Assembly (NCBI GenBank): GCA_963699545.1
Contig: CAVOUE010000003.1
Location: 256,001 to 320,000 of the forward strand
DNA length: 64,000 nucleotides
Source of the DNA: Nitrospirota bacterium
Lineage (GTDB): Bacteria > Nitrospirota > Thermodesulfovibrionia > Thermodesulfovibrionales > UBA9159
Reading direction: 5' to 3'
How positions within the stretch are numbered: the stretch's first letter is position 1; every line of letters begins with the position of its first letter. Under the pieces are notes generated by a model. The model was not told the origin of the DNA and ran no database searches. It worked only from the letters and a program-made list of their open reading frames with translations. Shown here one piece after another: positions 43,102 to 53,341 of the stretch. Made by a program: the position numbers and the translations under genes.

Positions 43102-44707
43102 ACTCATCACGCGGTGCCTCGAAGGAGAGGGGGTCCGGTATCTCTTCGGCCTCCCCGGGGAAGAGAATATCGACCTTCTCGAGGCGGTCACCTCATCGAA
43201 GATACGCTTCGTCCTCACCCGTGATGAACGGGGCGCATCCTTCATGGCCAACGTATGGGGAAGGCTTTCGGGAAACCCGGGGATATGCATTTCCACCCTT
43301 GGCCCCGGCGCCACGAACCTCACCACCGGGGTCGCTGACGCGTATCTCGATTTCGCGCCGATGGTGGCTGTCACCGCGCAGAAGGCCACAAAAGACCTCC
43401 ATAAAGAATCCCATCAGTACGTAAATACGGTATCCATGTTCAGGCCCATAACGAAGTGGAATACGAGGATTGAAGTGCCTGACAGGATCCCTGAGATCAT
43501 CCGCAAGGCTTTCAAGATCTCCTCCATGGAAAAGCCCGGACCTGTGCATATCGAAATACCGGAAAATATCGCTTCCCTCACGATCGATGAGGACCCCATG
43601 GGACCGTCGCAGACGGTTTATCCGGCGCCATCCGCCCAGGCGATATCCGGGGCAGTACAGGCCATCAGGAACGCGCGGCAGCCCCTCATCCTTGCAGGGA
43701 ACGGGGTCATACGGGGAAACGCCACGGAACAACTCTACCATTTCGCGAACAAGCTCAGGATCCCCGTGACCACAACGTTCATGGGCATGGGCGCTATACC
43801 GGCTGACGATGAGTTGTTCGTCTCGACCACGGGATTACAGTCCAGGGATTACATATCCTGCGGGTTTGACAGGGCTGACCTTATAATCACCGTGGGGTAC
43901 GACCCGGTGGAATTCAATCCGGAATACTGGGACGGCAAAAAGGAGATCATTCATATCAACTTCACCGCGGCAGACGTGGACAAGAACTACAGGGCGCTGG
44001 AGGTTACAGGGAATATCAGAGACAGCCTTTCGATCCTCACTCAATCCCTTTCCGGTGAAAAAGACCCCTCCTACTTCATAAAACTGAAGGGATACGCCGA
44101 GCATATTATCGAATGTCCGCAGAAGGGGTTTCCCCTAAAGCCCCTGAGGATCATAAAAGAGCTGAGGAACGCCCTCGGCAGGGAAGACATCCTTATCAGC
44201 GACGTGGGAGCGCACAAGATATGGATCGCACGGTTCTATCCTGCGTACAGCGAGAACACGGTCATCATCTCCAACGGCCTCGCATCCATGGGCTTCGCTG
44301 TTCCCGCGGCAATATCCGCAAAGCTGCTGTTCCCGGAGAAAAAGGTGGTTGCCGCAGCGGGTGACGGCGGGTTTCTCATGTCCGTGGCAGAGATAGAGAC
44401 CGCGGTGAGACTGGGGACAGCCTTTGTCTGCATTATCTTCAACGACGGCGGTCTCGGGCTGATCGAATGGAAGGAGCGGCTGAGATACAAGAAGGACTTC
44501 TTTGTGAAATTCAACAATCCTGATTTTGTAAAGCTTGCGGAATCCTTCGGGGCAAAGGGATACCGGGTCTCCTCAGAGGATGAACTGGCGCCCATTTTGA
44601 AGGACGCCCTCATCCAGAACGTCCCTGCCATCATCGACTGTCCTGTTGACTACTCCGAAAATGTCCGCCTTTCTGAGAGGCTGGGCAGGCTGATCTGCCC
44701 CACATGA
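43088..44707 (+). CDS. Acetolactate synthase large subunit-like TPP enzyme
   Basis: FGLPGEEN, TLGPGATN, DVGAHKIW, GDGGFLM..FNDGG. Confidence 0.92.
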   Translation: MKASELITRCLEGEGVRYLFGLPGEENIDLLEAVTSSKIRFVLTRDERGASFMANVWGRLSGNPGICISTLGPGATNLTTGVADAYLDFAPMVAVTAQKATKDLHKESHQYVNTVSMFRPITKWNTRIEVPDRIPEIIRKAFKISSMEKPGPVHIEIPENIASLTIDEDPMGPSQTVYPAPSAQAISGAVQAIRNARQPLILAGNGVIRGNATEQLYHFANKLRIPVTTTFMGMGAIPADDELFVSTTGLQSRDYISCGFDRADLIITVGYDPVEFNPEYWDGKKEIIHINFTAADVDKNYRALEVTGNIRDSLSILTQSLSGEKDPSYFIKLKGYAEHIIECPQKGFPLKPLRIIKELRNALGREDILISDVGAHKIWIARFYPAYSENTVIISNGLASMGFAVPAAISAKLLFPEKKVVAAAGDGGFLMSVAEIETAVRLGTAFVCIIFNDGGLGLIEWKERLRYKKDFFVKFNNPDFVKLAESFGAKGYRVSSEDELAPILKDALIQNVPAIIDCPVDYSENVRLSERLGRLICPT

Positions 44708-44794
44708 CGTGAGACAGTTGAAGACGACATGATCTCATAGAAGGAAGGGGAGGCGTCCCCGGTTATTCGCTGGTTTCTTTATCTTCTCAGGTAT

Positions 44795-45145
44795 CTATCG
44801 CTTGTTATATTTCGTAGCGTTGCCCTTAGAGAGCTCGACAGGATACTTCTTTTCGTTCAGCTTCATCTTTTCCTCCACCGCCTTTTCGATATCGACACCA
44901 AGCTTCTCAGCAAGACGGACAAGATAGATAAAGACGTCTGCGATCTCTTCCCGCACAAGCGCCATCTCCTTCTCGTCCCTGACTATCTCCTTCGACTGCT
45001 CCTCGGTGAGCCACTGGAAGATCTCGAGGAGTTCCGCCGCCTCGGCAGCTAACCCCATCGAAAGGTTCTTTGGACTGTGGAACTGGTCCCAGTTCCGGAC
45101 CTCTGCGAATTGTGCGAGACGTTTGCGGATTTCAGAAAGGTTCAT
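44795..45145 (-). CDS. MazG-like nucleotide pyrophosphohydrolase (dCTPase type)
   Basis: RNWDQFHSPKNL, EAAELLEIFQW, EEIADV, NEKKYP. Confidence 0.92.
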   Translation of the reverse strand: MNLSEIRKRLAQFAEVRNWDQFHSPKNLSMGLAAEAAELLEIFQWLTEEQSKEIVRDEKEMALVREEIADVFIYLVRLAEKLGVDIEKAVEEKMKLNEKKYPVELSKGNATKYNKR

Positions 45146-45208
45146 AACAATCCTTCAAGGTGTAAAGATTTTGGTATTATGCCAGTCAATTTCCCGGCAG
45201 TAAATAGA

Positions 45209-46056
45209 TTACTCTATGTTCCGGTGGCAGCCGATGCAGACCGAGGGAAGGCGAAGTCTGCCGGCGGCATCAGCTCCCTTCGCTGCTGCTTCACGCTGAA
45301 TGACCCCTTCTTGGTGAGGGTTGTGACAGGTGGAACACGTGATGCGGCCCCTCGGCACGAGGGGGAAGATCACGGTGAGCCTTTCTTCGCTTTCCCGCAT
45401 GTTCCGCAGAGTCTCCGGGGAAGGTTTCACAAGAAAGTGTTTGCTGAAAAAGTTGCCCGGCAGCGCCATGGGAGGGTGGCAGCGCCAGCAGAGGAACCCT
45501 ACGTCCGCCCTGAATCTCACATCATCTGTCTTGTCCACGGCCGGATCAGGTTCTTTTGAATGACACAGGAGGCATACCGGTTTGCCGTTCACCTCTCTGA
45601 TCTTGCCGTCGCCAGTGAGCATAATATGGGGATCAATATCGGAATATGCTTCCCGATAATGACAGCTGAAACAAATGGTCCTCCGGTCTCCGTACGGTCC
45701 GCCTCTGAGGAGTTTCGGAGTTCCTTCCCCCCGGGTCCGCCGTGTATCTCATGACAGGTCAGGCACCTGACCTCGCCCTTGAAGAGCGGAAAAGAGGAGG
45801 TGGACCGGTCGGCGGGAGTAAAATCGACGGGGTGATGGGTTTCCCTGTTGTCATGACAGGTCAAACAGAGAGATGAAGGGTCCGTCCCCGGTTTAAACGA
45901 TGCGGAACCGGGTTGCGGCTTTTCCGTCGCATGACATTGCACGCAGGCGGTGTGGGGGTTCTTGTAGGGAGCCTGTTCCGGCCCTATCAACGTTTGCAGA
46001 CTGCAAGATGCGAGCATGGCTGCCGACAAAACTGCGTATCTGAGGACATGGTGCAT
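45209..46056 (-). CDS. Eight-heme c-type cytochrome lipoprotein, frameshift ~45725
   Basis: Lipobox LASC; CVQCH, CLTCH, CLTCH, CFSCH (in the junction frame), CLLCH, CWRCH, CSTCH, CIGCH. Confidence 0.85.
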
Positions 46057-46120
46057 TCTGTTAAGAGTATAGCAGAATCCCTAAATGAAGGCCATCTTTG
46101 GGAGGGGTTGTTCATTAAAG

Positions 46121-46158
46121 AGGAAGGGCGCGGGGACCGAGATCCCCGTGCCTTTCCT
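46121..46158 (-). terminator. Hairpin downstream of ferredoxin
   Basis: AGGAAGGGCGCGGGGA-N6-TCCCCGTGCCTTTCCT. Confidence 0.6.
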
Positions 46159-46175
46159 GTACTGCTCGTGCACCC

Positions 46176-46358
46176 TTACTCGAACTTTATCGCTTCCGTG
46201 GGACAGGTGTCTGCGGCAGCCTGACAATCGCATGAGTCGCACTTGTCGGGCGCAATGACCCATGCCTTTTCATCCCTGAGCTCGAAGACCTCTGGACACA
46301 TCTCGGAACATGAGCCGCAACCGATACATAAGTCCATGTCAACAACCGGAACAGCCAT
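46176..46358 (-). CDS. Single-cluster ferredoxin
   Basis: CIGCGSCSEMCP...CP; AGGAGG Shine-Dalgarno. Confidence 0.93.
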   Translation of the reverse strand: MAVPVVDMDLCIGCGSCSEMCPEVFELRDEKAWVIAPDKCDSCDCQAAADTCPTEAIKFE

Positions 46359-46379
46359 TGTACTCCTCCTTTGGATATT

Positions 46380-46694
46380 TTATTCTACGGGTGTTACCAC
46401 CGCCATTACCACCAGTTTGTCGCCCTTGTCCGCCATAAACCCGTGAGGCACCATGGGCTCGCAGAGGATGCAGGTCTTTTCGTCGGCCTCTACCCGTTCG
46501 TCCCCTATTATAAATGTCCCCTTGCCCTGAACGCAATACATAAGAAGACGCAGGGGCGCCTTATGCGGGTCCAGTTTCTGGCCCTCGTTCAGACACATGA
46601 GGGCGATCCTCATCTCGGGCTTGTCGGAGAGCATATCCCGGGATATCCTGTCAGGGTAAAACTTGATAGCCTTCTTCAGATCAATGACGTCCAT
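46380..46694 (-). CDS. Cupin-domain protein
   Basis: PHKAP..GKGTF..PMVPHG. Confidence 0.8.
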   Translation of the reverse strand: MDVIDLKKAIKFYPDRISRDMLSDKPEMRIALMCLNEGQKLDPHKAPLRLLMYCVQGKGTFIIGDERVEADEKTCILCEPMVPHGFMADKGDKLVVMAVVTPVE

Positions 46695-46780
46695 GACTCC
46701 TCCTTCAGTTCACCTGTTTCTTTCAGCATATGACATGATCCCGGTCCGTGCAATGATACACATCATACCTGAGGATACCC

Positions 46781-48031
46781 CTACTTCCTCTTTGTTCCCA
46801 GCGGCAGGACCCTGGACAGGATATCATCCACCGTCACCACCCCCAGCAGGACACCGTCGCTGTCCACCACGGGCAGGGCGACAAGGCTGTATTTGGTAGT
46901 GATCTTCGCTACCACTTTTTCATCCTCTTCCGGCGTGACCGTCTTGATCTTGGTCTCCATGATTTCTGAAAGATTCGTATCCGGGTCGGCCAGAAGCAGC
47001 TCCCTGAGGGACACAACTCCCACCAGCCGTTCTGCTTCGTCAACCAGATAGATATAGTAGACCGTATCTATCTCCCGGGCGTCCTGCCTGAATTTCTCTA
47101 TCGCATTCTTCACCGTCATCCCCAGGGGATAGGCAATGAAAACATTGGTCATGAGGCCGCCCGCTGTATCCTCCTCGTGTCCGAGGAGCTCCTGGATATC
47201 CTCCGCCTCCTCTTTTTCGATATGTTCCAGGATCTCCTTTGCCCTCTCTGCCGGCAGGTCCCCCAGGACGTCGGCAGCCTCGTCAGGAGGCATCATCTCG
47301 ATAATATCGGATGCCTTCTCCGTATCCATCCCCCGTATCAGCTCCACCTGGGTCTCCGTGCTCAGTTCCGAGAGGGTATCGGCCGCCACGTCCACATCCA
47401 GGTTCTTCAGAAATGCGGCCCCCTCATCGTGTGAGACCTGGCTGATGATATCCGCAATGTCGGCCGGGTGAAGCTCCGAGAGCATCTGCCTCGGGACCGT
47501 AAGGGAGATGGCGGTGAGTTTCGGCTGCAGGGGCTGAATGTAGTTCCAGCTTATGAGATTGAAGGGGAGGGTCGTCTTGAAGACCTTCAGAAAATCCTCA
47601 CCCTTCCGCTCCACACCGAGCCTCCTCAGTATGCCGCGCACGCCCACGTCCACCGCGATGAGCACCGCCTCAGAGGCGTACCCCTCAAGCTTGATATCGT
47701 TCACCCTCACCACCTTCACCCCGTTCACATCCACGATCTGCTTGTCCAGGACATCTCTCACCGCAAGCAGGTCATCGGAGGTCATATCATAGGGAACAAG
47801 GTCCGAGGAGTAGATCTTCGCCGCGACGATCCTTTTGTTGAACATATTGAGCTCGGCCCAGGGGACACGGAACAGATTCCCCTTCTTTTCGATAATGAGG
47901 GCATCTACCCGGGGAAGGGGTTCCGCCTTCACCACGACCATGTCTTTGAGCCGTCCCAGTTCCTCGCCTTTGGGATCGAGGATGGACTCCCTGAGGATCT
48001 CACTCAGAAATAATTCACCGAACAGCGGCAT
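46781..48031 (-). CDS. MgtE intracellular-domain protein (PRC-like, MgtE_N, CBS pair), no TM domain
   Basis: LDKQIVDVNG, LHPADIADI, TAGGLM, LPVVD..GVVTVDD then stop. Confidence 0.88.
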   Translation of the reverse strand: MPLFGELFLSEILRESILDPKGEELGRLKDMVVVKAEPLPRVDALIIEKKGNLFRVPWAELNMFNKRIVAAKIYSSDLVPYDMTSDDLLAVRDVLDKQIVDVNGVKVVRVNDIKLEGYASEAVLIAVDVGVRGILRRLGVERKGEDFLKVFKTTLPFNLISWNYIQPLQPKLTAISLTVPRQMLSELHPADIADIISQVSHDEGAAFLKNLDVDVAADTLSELSTETQVELIRGMDTEKASDIIEMMPPDEAADVLGDLPAERAKEILEHIEKEEAEDIQELLGHEEDTAGGLMTNVFIAYPLGMTVKNAIEKFRQDAREIDTVYYIYLVDEAERLVGVVSLRELLLADPDTNLSEIMETKIKTVTPEEDEKVVAKITTKYSLVALPVVDSDGVLLGVVTVDDILSRVLPLGTKRK

Positions 48032-48866
48032 TCACGTCCCCCCGGATCATTCCACTTGCCCCGGCCCTCCTGAGAAGCTCTTCGACCGCCGCCATGCCCT
48101 CGGTCCCCAGGTCAAGGGAGTAGTCATTCACATAGAGGCCTATATGCTGCTCGATCACCGCATCCTCCAACTCCCGGGCATGGGCCTTGATGTACTCCTT
48201 TGTCCTCTCTCTGTGGGCAAGGGCATATTCGACACTTTTCCTGATCAGCATATCGATGGTTTGGATCACCCCGCTGCCGAGACCCTTCCTTGCGATGATA
48301 CATCCCAGCGGCAGGGGAAGTCCTGTGTCTCCCTCCCACCATCTCCCCAGGTCCAAGACCTCAAAAAGCCCGTAAGCGGGATAGGTGAACCGCGACTCAT
48401 GGATGATCAGCCCTGCATCAACGACGCCACTCTTCACCGCGCCCATGATCCTGTCAAAGGGCATCACCACCACATCCGTGCCCAGCGCAGGATCATAAAG
48501 CCGCAACAGCAGGTATGCTGTGGTAAGCCGTCCCGGTATGGCGATCTTCTTCCCCCTGAGGTCTTTCATTGAGGTTTCTCTCTTCGCAACCACAAGGGGA
48601 CCACACCCCCTGCCCAGGGCGCTCCCCGAACGAAGCAGCTGGTAGCTCTCCCTCAGGAACGCGAATGCGTGGAAAGAGACCTTTGTGATATCCAGCTCCG
48701 CATTCAATGCCTTCTGGTTCAGGGTCTCCACGTCCAGGAGCATCTCCCTGAACCCCAGTCCCGCGGTGTCGATCCGGCCGTGCACAAGGGCATAAAAGAT
48801 GAAGGTATCGTTGGGGCACGGGGAATAGCCAAGGGAGAGAGTCCCGGCCATTGCCTGAAACGTCAT
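48015..48866 (-). CDS. mqnD: 1,4-dihydroxy-6-naphthoate synthase
   Basis: GYSPCPNDTFIF, DVETLN, GCGPL, IIHESRFTY, HIGLYVN. Confidence 0.95.
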   Translation of the reverse strand: MTFQAMAGTLSLGYSPCPNDTFIFYALVHGRIDTAGLGFREMLLDVETLNQKALNAELDITKVSFHAFAFLRESYQLLRSGSALGRGCGPLVVAKRETSMKDLRGKKIAIPGRLTTAYLLLRLYDPALGTDVVVMPFDRIMGAVKSGVVDAGLIIHESRFTYPAYGLFEVLDLGRWWEGDTGLPLPLGCIIARKGLGSGVIQTIDMLIRKSVEYALAHRERTKEYIKAHARELEDAVIEQHIGLYVNDYSLDLGTEGMAAVEELLRRAGASGMIRGDVNAAVR

Positions 48867-48961
48867 GGATCCTCCTGTAGAATCTGGGATTCCCGGCAGC
48901 AGACTGTTTTATAGTATACCGCAAAAATTTCCAAAAGGGATAATCATAGTATAATAGGAAT

Positions 48962-49945
48962 ATGACGCTGAGGATGGCACGAAAAGACCCCTCCCTGCCG
49001 TCATCCGGCGGAGAACCGGAGACAAGCGGGAAGATCGCCCAGATCATCCGGTTGTCGTCCCAGTTTCTCCAGGGGAAGGATGAAGCGCTGAAGCTCTCCC
49101 TGCTCACTTTCTTCTCCAGGGGACATCTTCTCATAGAGGATTACCCGGGCCTGGGGAAAACGACCCTCGCCATCGCTATCGCAAAGGTCCTGGGGCTCAG
49201 TTTCGGGAGGATCCAGTGCACGAGCGATCTGTTGCCCACCGATATCACCGGTCTTTCTATTTACAACAAAAATACCGGGGAATTTGAATTCCACCCCGGA
49301 CCCATATTCAACAATATCGTTCTGGTGGATGAGATCAACAGAGCGACACCCAAGACCCAGAGTGCCCTGTTGGAGGCGATGGGGGAAAAGCAGACCACCA
49401 TGGAAGGGAAGACGTACAAACTTCCGAACCCCTTTTTCGTGATCGCCACCCAGAACCCCGTGGAGCAATTCGGGACCTTCCCTCTGCCGGAATCCCAGAT
49501 GGACAGGTTCATGATGAAGATCGGCATCGGGTACCCCACGCGGGGGGCGGAAAGGGAGATCATCCGGGTGGGAAGCAGACGGGAGGAGCTCTATGCCATT
49601 GAGCCCATGATGAACAGGGAAGAGGTCCTCACGATCCAGGAAGATATCAGGGAGAGAGTGTTCGTCTCTGAAAAGATCCTCGAATATATTCTCGACATCG
49701 TGGAGGCAACAAGGAGCAACAAATATATCCTTGCCGGGATCTCTACCCGGGGGGTCCTGACGATAACCAATGTGGCAAAGACAAACGCGTATTTCAACGG
49801 ACGCAATTTCGTGATCCCTGAGGACATCAGGGAAGTCACCCGTCATACCATCCCCCACAGGGTTATCTTCCGGGAAGAGTTCGAAAGCCTCGACAAATGG
49901 GGAATCATACAGGCGATCCTCGATCAGATACCGGTCCCGGCGTAA
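48962..49945 (+). CDS. MoxR-family AAA+ ATPase
   Basis: PGLGKTT, RIQCTSDLLPTD, DEINRATPKTQSALLEAM, ATQNP. Confidence 0.95.
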   Translation: MTLRMARKDPSLPSSGGEPETSGKIAQIIRLSSQFLQGKDEALKLSLLTFFSRGHLLIEDYPGLGKTTLAIAIAKVLGLSFGRIQCTSDLLPTDITGLSIYNKNTGEFEFHPGPIFNNIVLVDEINRATPKTQSALLEAMGEKQTTMEGKTYKLPNPFFVIATQNPVEQFGTFPLPESQMDRFMMKIGIGYPTRGAEREIIRVGSRREELYAIEPMMNREEVLTIQEDIRERVFVSEKILEYILDIVEATRSNKYILAGISTRGVLTITNVAKTNAYFNGRNFVIPEDIREVTRHTIPHRVIFREEFESLDKWGIIQAILDQIPVPA

Positions 49946-50838
49946 TAAGGATCACGAAGGCCGGCTGGTTCTATATCCTCCTGACCATCTTCCTTGGTGT
50001 GTCCGGGATAAATACCGGGAACAATCTCATCTACCTCATCGTCGCCGCCTTTCTCAGCTTCATGGCCGTATCAGGGATCTTCGGAAAAAGAAATCTCTCG
50101 AAGATCGATGTGCGGATCGAACTCCCCGAAGAGATCTATGCGGACACCAGCGCCCCGGTCAGAGTGATTATCAGGAACAACAGGAGGTTCCTCCCCGTGT
50201 TCCTGATGCGGGTGCATGTTGCAGGCAGCGACATACTGTTCCCTTTTGTGGAAGTGAGGACCGAGGTGGCCAGGTATCTCTCCCTTCCCTTCCGTGAGAG
50301 GGGACGTTCAGAGATCAGGAACATGTATGTGTCGTCGGTGTTTCCCTTTAATTTCTTCATCCGCTACCGGACGATGCCGGGAGTCTTTGAGGCCATTGTC
50401 TTCCCACGGGCAAAGAAGTGCGATCTCCCGGGGTCTTTCGAAAAAGAGAGGACATGCAGGGGGGAGCAGGCCTCTGATAAGACAGGATACGAGGCGGACA
50501 TCATCTCCCTCAGGGATTACATAGAGGGCGACCCCCTCAAATATATCCACTGGAAAGCGACGGCAAAGACAGGGCGGCTCAAGACCAAGGAGCTCTCCTC
50601 CGTCTCTCATCAGCCCGTTGTCATCGATTTCGATGCGCTTCCCCTGAAGGATCTGGAAGAGAAGATCTCCTGCGCCACCTATGTTCTTCTGAAACTGCTC
50701 AAACGGAACGTCCCCGTCGGACTTAAGATCGGCGGAACACTTTACAAACCCTTGTCCGGGGCTCACAGAGAAAGGACAAAGGCCTTGAAGTTCGCTCTGC
50801 TCACAAAGCTTGCCCTCTATCCGAAAGGGGTAGTTTGA
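49897..50838 (+). CDS. DUF58-family protein (start uncertain, possibly 49945)
   Basis: NTGNNLIYL, LRDYIEGD..IHWKATAK. Confidence 0.88.
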   Translation: MGNHTGDPRSDTGPGVIRITKAGWFYILLTIFLGVSGINTGNNLIYLIVAAFLSFMAVSGIFGKRNLSKIDVRIELPEEIYADTSAPVRVIIRNNRRFLPVFLMRVHVAGSDILFPFVEVRTEVARYLSLPFRERGRSEIRNMYVSSVFPFNFFIRYRTMPGVFEAIVFPRAKKCDLPGSFEKERTCRGEQASDKTGYEADIISLRDYIEGDPLKYIHWKATAKTGRLKTKELSSVSHQPVVIDFDALPLKDLEEKISCATYVLLKLLKRNVPVGLKIGGTLYKPLSGAHRERTKALKFALLTKLALYPKGVV

Positions 50839-52775
50839 TGATGACTCCCCGGCTTGTGAGGATCGAGGATGCCGTAAAAGTGCTCACCTTTGCTATAAGT
50901 ATGCTCGGCTTTCTGTCGGTGGTCCGGAATGTGGAGCTGTCGTATTCGTTGGCCTTCGCTTCCCTTTTTTTTCTCTCGGTCTCTTTCGAGTACCGCCGGA
51001 CGTTCCCTCTTCACGGCTGGCTTCTTGCCTGCATGGCGATAGGGGTGATACTGCTCACCATCCTGCGGATGAATACCGATGAGTTCATCTCTCTGGTGGT
51101 GGGGGCCCTTCTCATACTCCTTGCCATAAAGCTCCTGGGAGCCAAGCGGTTCAGGGATTACATGCAAATCTATCTCATCGCCCTGTTCCTCCTCATCGGC
51201 TCGGCATTGCTCTCGGTGGACATTGAATTCCTGCTCTACTTCGTCTGCATGATCTTCCTGGTCACCGTGACCGTTGTGCTCCTGACCTATTTTTCCCAGG
51301 ACAATACCCTGGCGCTGCCGGCATCCGCCGTCGCACGGATCGCATCAAAGGCTTCCCTGATATCCCTGATCGCTATCCCGGTGACGGTAGTGATGTTCGT
51401 CATTCTTCCCCGTACCAGTTATCCCATATTCCAATTCCTGAACAAGGGGGCACATGCGAGCACCGGGTTCACCGATCATGTCCGCCTCGGGAACGTTTCC
51501 GACATCCAGGAAGACACCACGGTGATCCTGCGGGCGCACATGGAAAAGGTGCAGGAGGATCTGTTGTACTGGAGAGGGATCGTCCTCGATTATTTCGACG
51601 GCGCTTCCTGGACGAGCCTCCAGAGCGAAGGGCCGGACAACAGCAGGTCATTGAGGACGGCCGGAAGGCAGGTCAAACAGACCATTTACCTTGAACCCTA
51701 TGGAAACAGGTATCTCTTTGCCCTGGATAAGCCCGTCTCTCTTTCCCTGAGACAGGCGAAAAAGACCTCTGCATTGACCTATGCCCTTTCAGAGAACATC
51801 TTCAGAAGGATACGATATGAATCGGCCTCCGCGCTTTCCGATCTTCTCCCTGAGCAGACGATCGACAGAAGCGCCTATTTGCAGATGCCGGGACGGGGTC
51901 TCACACAGACAAGGGATCTGGTGAAAACCCTGTCCTTCGGCAGGACCGGGGAAGAGACCGCTCAGGCCATCCTGCGTTTTTTGCGGGACGGCGAGTACCG
52001 GTATTCCCTTACGAGCCTGCCCCTTTCCGACAATCCCCTTGAGGACTTTCTCTTCCGTCATAAATACGGGAACTGCGAATATTTCGCGTCCGCAATGGCG
52101 GTCATGTTGAGGATCGCAGGGATCCCCTCAAGGGTTGTGGGAGGGTATAAGGGGGGGTACTATAATGATGCCGGGGAATATTACCTGGTACCGCAGAAGA
52201 ATGCCCATGTCTGGGTTGAAGCGTATATGGAGAACAGGGGGTGGCTGCGTATGGACCCTACGCCCGCCGGGATCGAACATTTCGTCTCCGGCTCTTCAAG
52301 GGACCTTTTCTTCAGAGTGAAGCTCCTCATGGATTCAATGAATTATTACTGGAACGCCCTGGTCATTAACTACGACTTCTCGAAGCAGGTATCCCTGTTC
52401 CACACGATCCGCTCGGGGATAAGAAACCCCCGGCTTCATCTCTCTCTGAAAAGCGGGGCGGTTGTCCGGTATTCCGCTGCCCTGACGTGCCTTGTCCTGG
52501 TCATCCTGGCGATCCGCCGCCTGGCTCTCCGCAGAAAAGTTCCGCATGAAAGGATACTGAAGGATTTTCTGAAAAGAATGGGAAGATACGGCTACAGAAG
52601 AAACCGCTCGGAAGGGCTGGAGGAGTTTGTTGCGCGCATTCAGGATGAGAGGATGAGGGAAAAGGCTTTCCGCTTTGTGCGGGCGTTTGAGGGGTATTAC
52701 TACAGGGATAAGAGGCTCCTAAAAGAAGATATGCGGGAATTAAGACTTCTCCTGGATATGGACAAGAGGCAGTGA
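50835..52775 (+). CDS. Transglutaminase TgpA-family membrane protein (DUF3488)
   Basis: Multi-TM N-terminus, YWRG, GNCEYFASAM, HVWVE, DPTP. Confidence 0.92.
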   Translation: MMMTPRLVRIEDAVKVLTFAISMLGFLSVVRNVELSYSLAFASLFFLSVSFEYRRTFPLHGWLLACMAIGVILLTILRMNTDEFISLVVGALLILLAIKLLGAKRFRDYMQIYLIALFLLIGSALLSVDIEFLLYFVCMIFLVTVTVVLLTYFSQDNTLALPASAVARIASKASLISLIAIPVTVVMFVILPRTSYPIFQFLNKGAHASTGFTDHVRLGNVSDIQEDTTVILRAHMEKVQEDLLYWRGIVLDYFDGASWTSLQSEGPDNSRSLRTAGRQVKQTIYLEPYGNRYLFALDKPVSLSLRQAKKTSALTYALSENIFRRIRYESASALSDLLPEQTIDRSAYLQMPGRGLTQTRDLVKTLSFGRTGEETAQAILRFLRDGEYRYSLTSLPLSDNPLEDFLFRHKYGNCEYFASAMAVMLRIAGIPSRVVGGYKGGYYNDAGEYYLVPQKNAHVWVEAYMENRGWLRMDPTPAGIEHFVSGSSRDLFFRVKLLMDSMNYYWNALVINYDFSKQVSLFHTIRSGIRNPRLHLSLKSGAVVRYSAALTCLVLVILAIRRLALRRKVPHERILKDFLKRMGRYGYRRNRSEGLEEFVARIQDERMREKAFRFVRAFEGYYYRDKRLLKEDMRELRLLLDMDKRQ

Positions 52776-52802
52776 TCGCAGATCACTGTTTATCCATGCG
52801 CG

Positions 52803-53321
52803 CTACTGTTCAATTATCCCCTCGAGCGTCTCTGCCCATACGACGTATCCCCTGCCGCTGAGGTGCACTCCGTCCGACAGGAGATAGTCGGTGACGGGAG
52901 CTCCCTTTTCATCGATGAATTCGCGGTAGAGGTCAATATAGCCCGCGCCTTTCTCTTCAGCCATCCGTGCCAGCGAACGGTTCACCTCCAGGATAGAGGA
53001 ATCCTCAACCCATGGCAGCAAGGTGGGCAGGAGACTATGGATAAAGATCCCGGACTGCGGGTATGATGCAGAGAGTTCTTCCAGGATCTTCCGGCAGGAA
53101 TCCAGGAAGCCGAGATCTTCCATGGCAACGTTGTTGATGCCTGTCATGATGAACACGAGGTCGGGTGAAGGATATCGTCTGATAATCCCTCCGAGTCTCG
53201 AAAGCAGCCCCTCCACCGTCTCCCCTGCCCTTCCGAGGTTGGCAATATCATATCCCGGGAATCTCGCGCTCCAGTCAAAGAATTCTATCAGGGAATCACC
53301 GATGAAAAGGATGGTTTTCAT
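52803..53321 (-). CDS. SGNH/GDSL lipase-esterase
   Basis: FIGDSL, GRAGET, GINN, DGVHL. Confidence 0.9.
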   Translation of the reverse strand: MKTILFIGDSLIEFFDWSARFPGYDIANLGRAGETVEGLLSRLGGIIRRYPSPDLVFIMTGINNVAMEDLGFLDSCRKILEELSASYPQSGIFIHSLLPTLLPWVEDSSILEVNRSLARMAEEKGAGYIDLYREFIDEKGAPVTDYLLSDGVHLSGRGYVVWAETLEGIIEQ

Positions 53322-53341
53322 GGGTACATCTTCGCCTTGAC

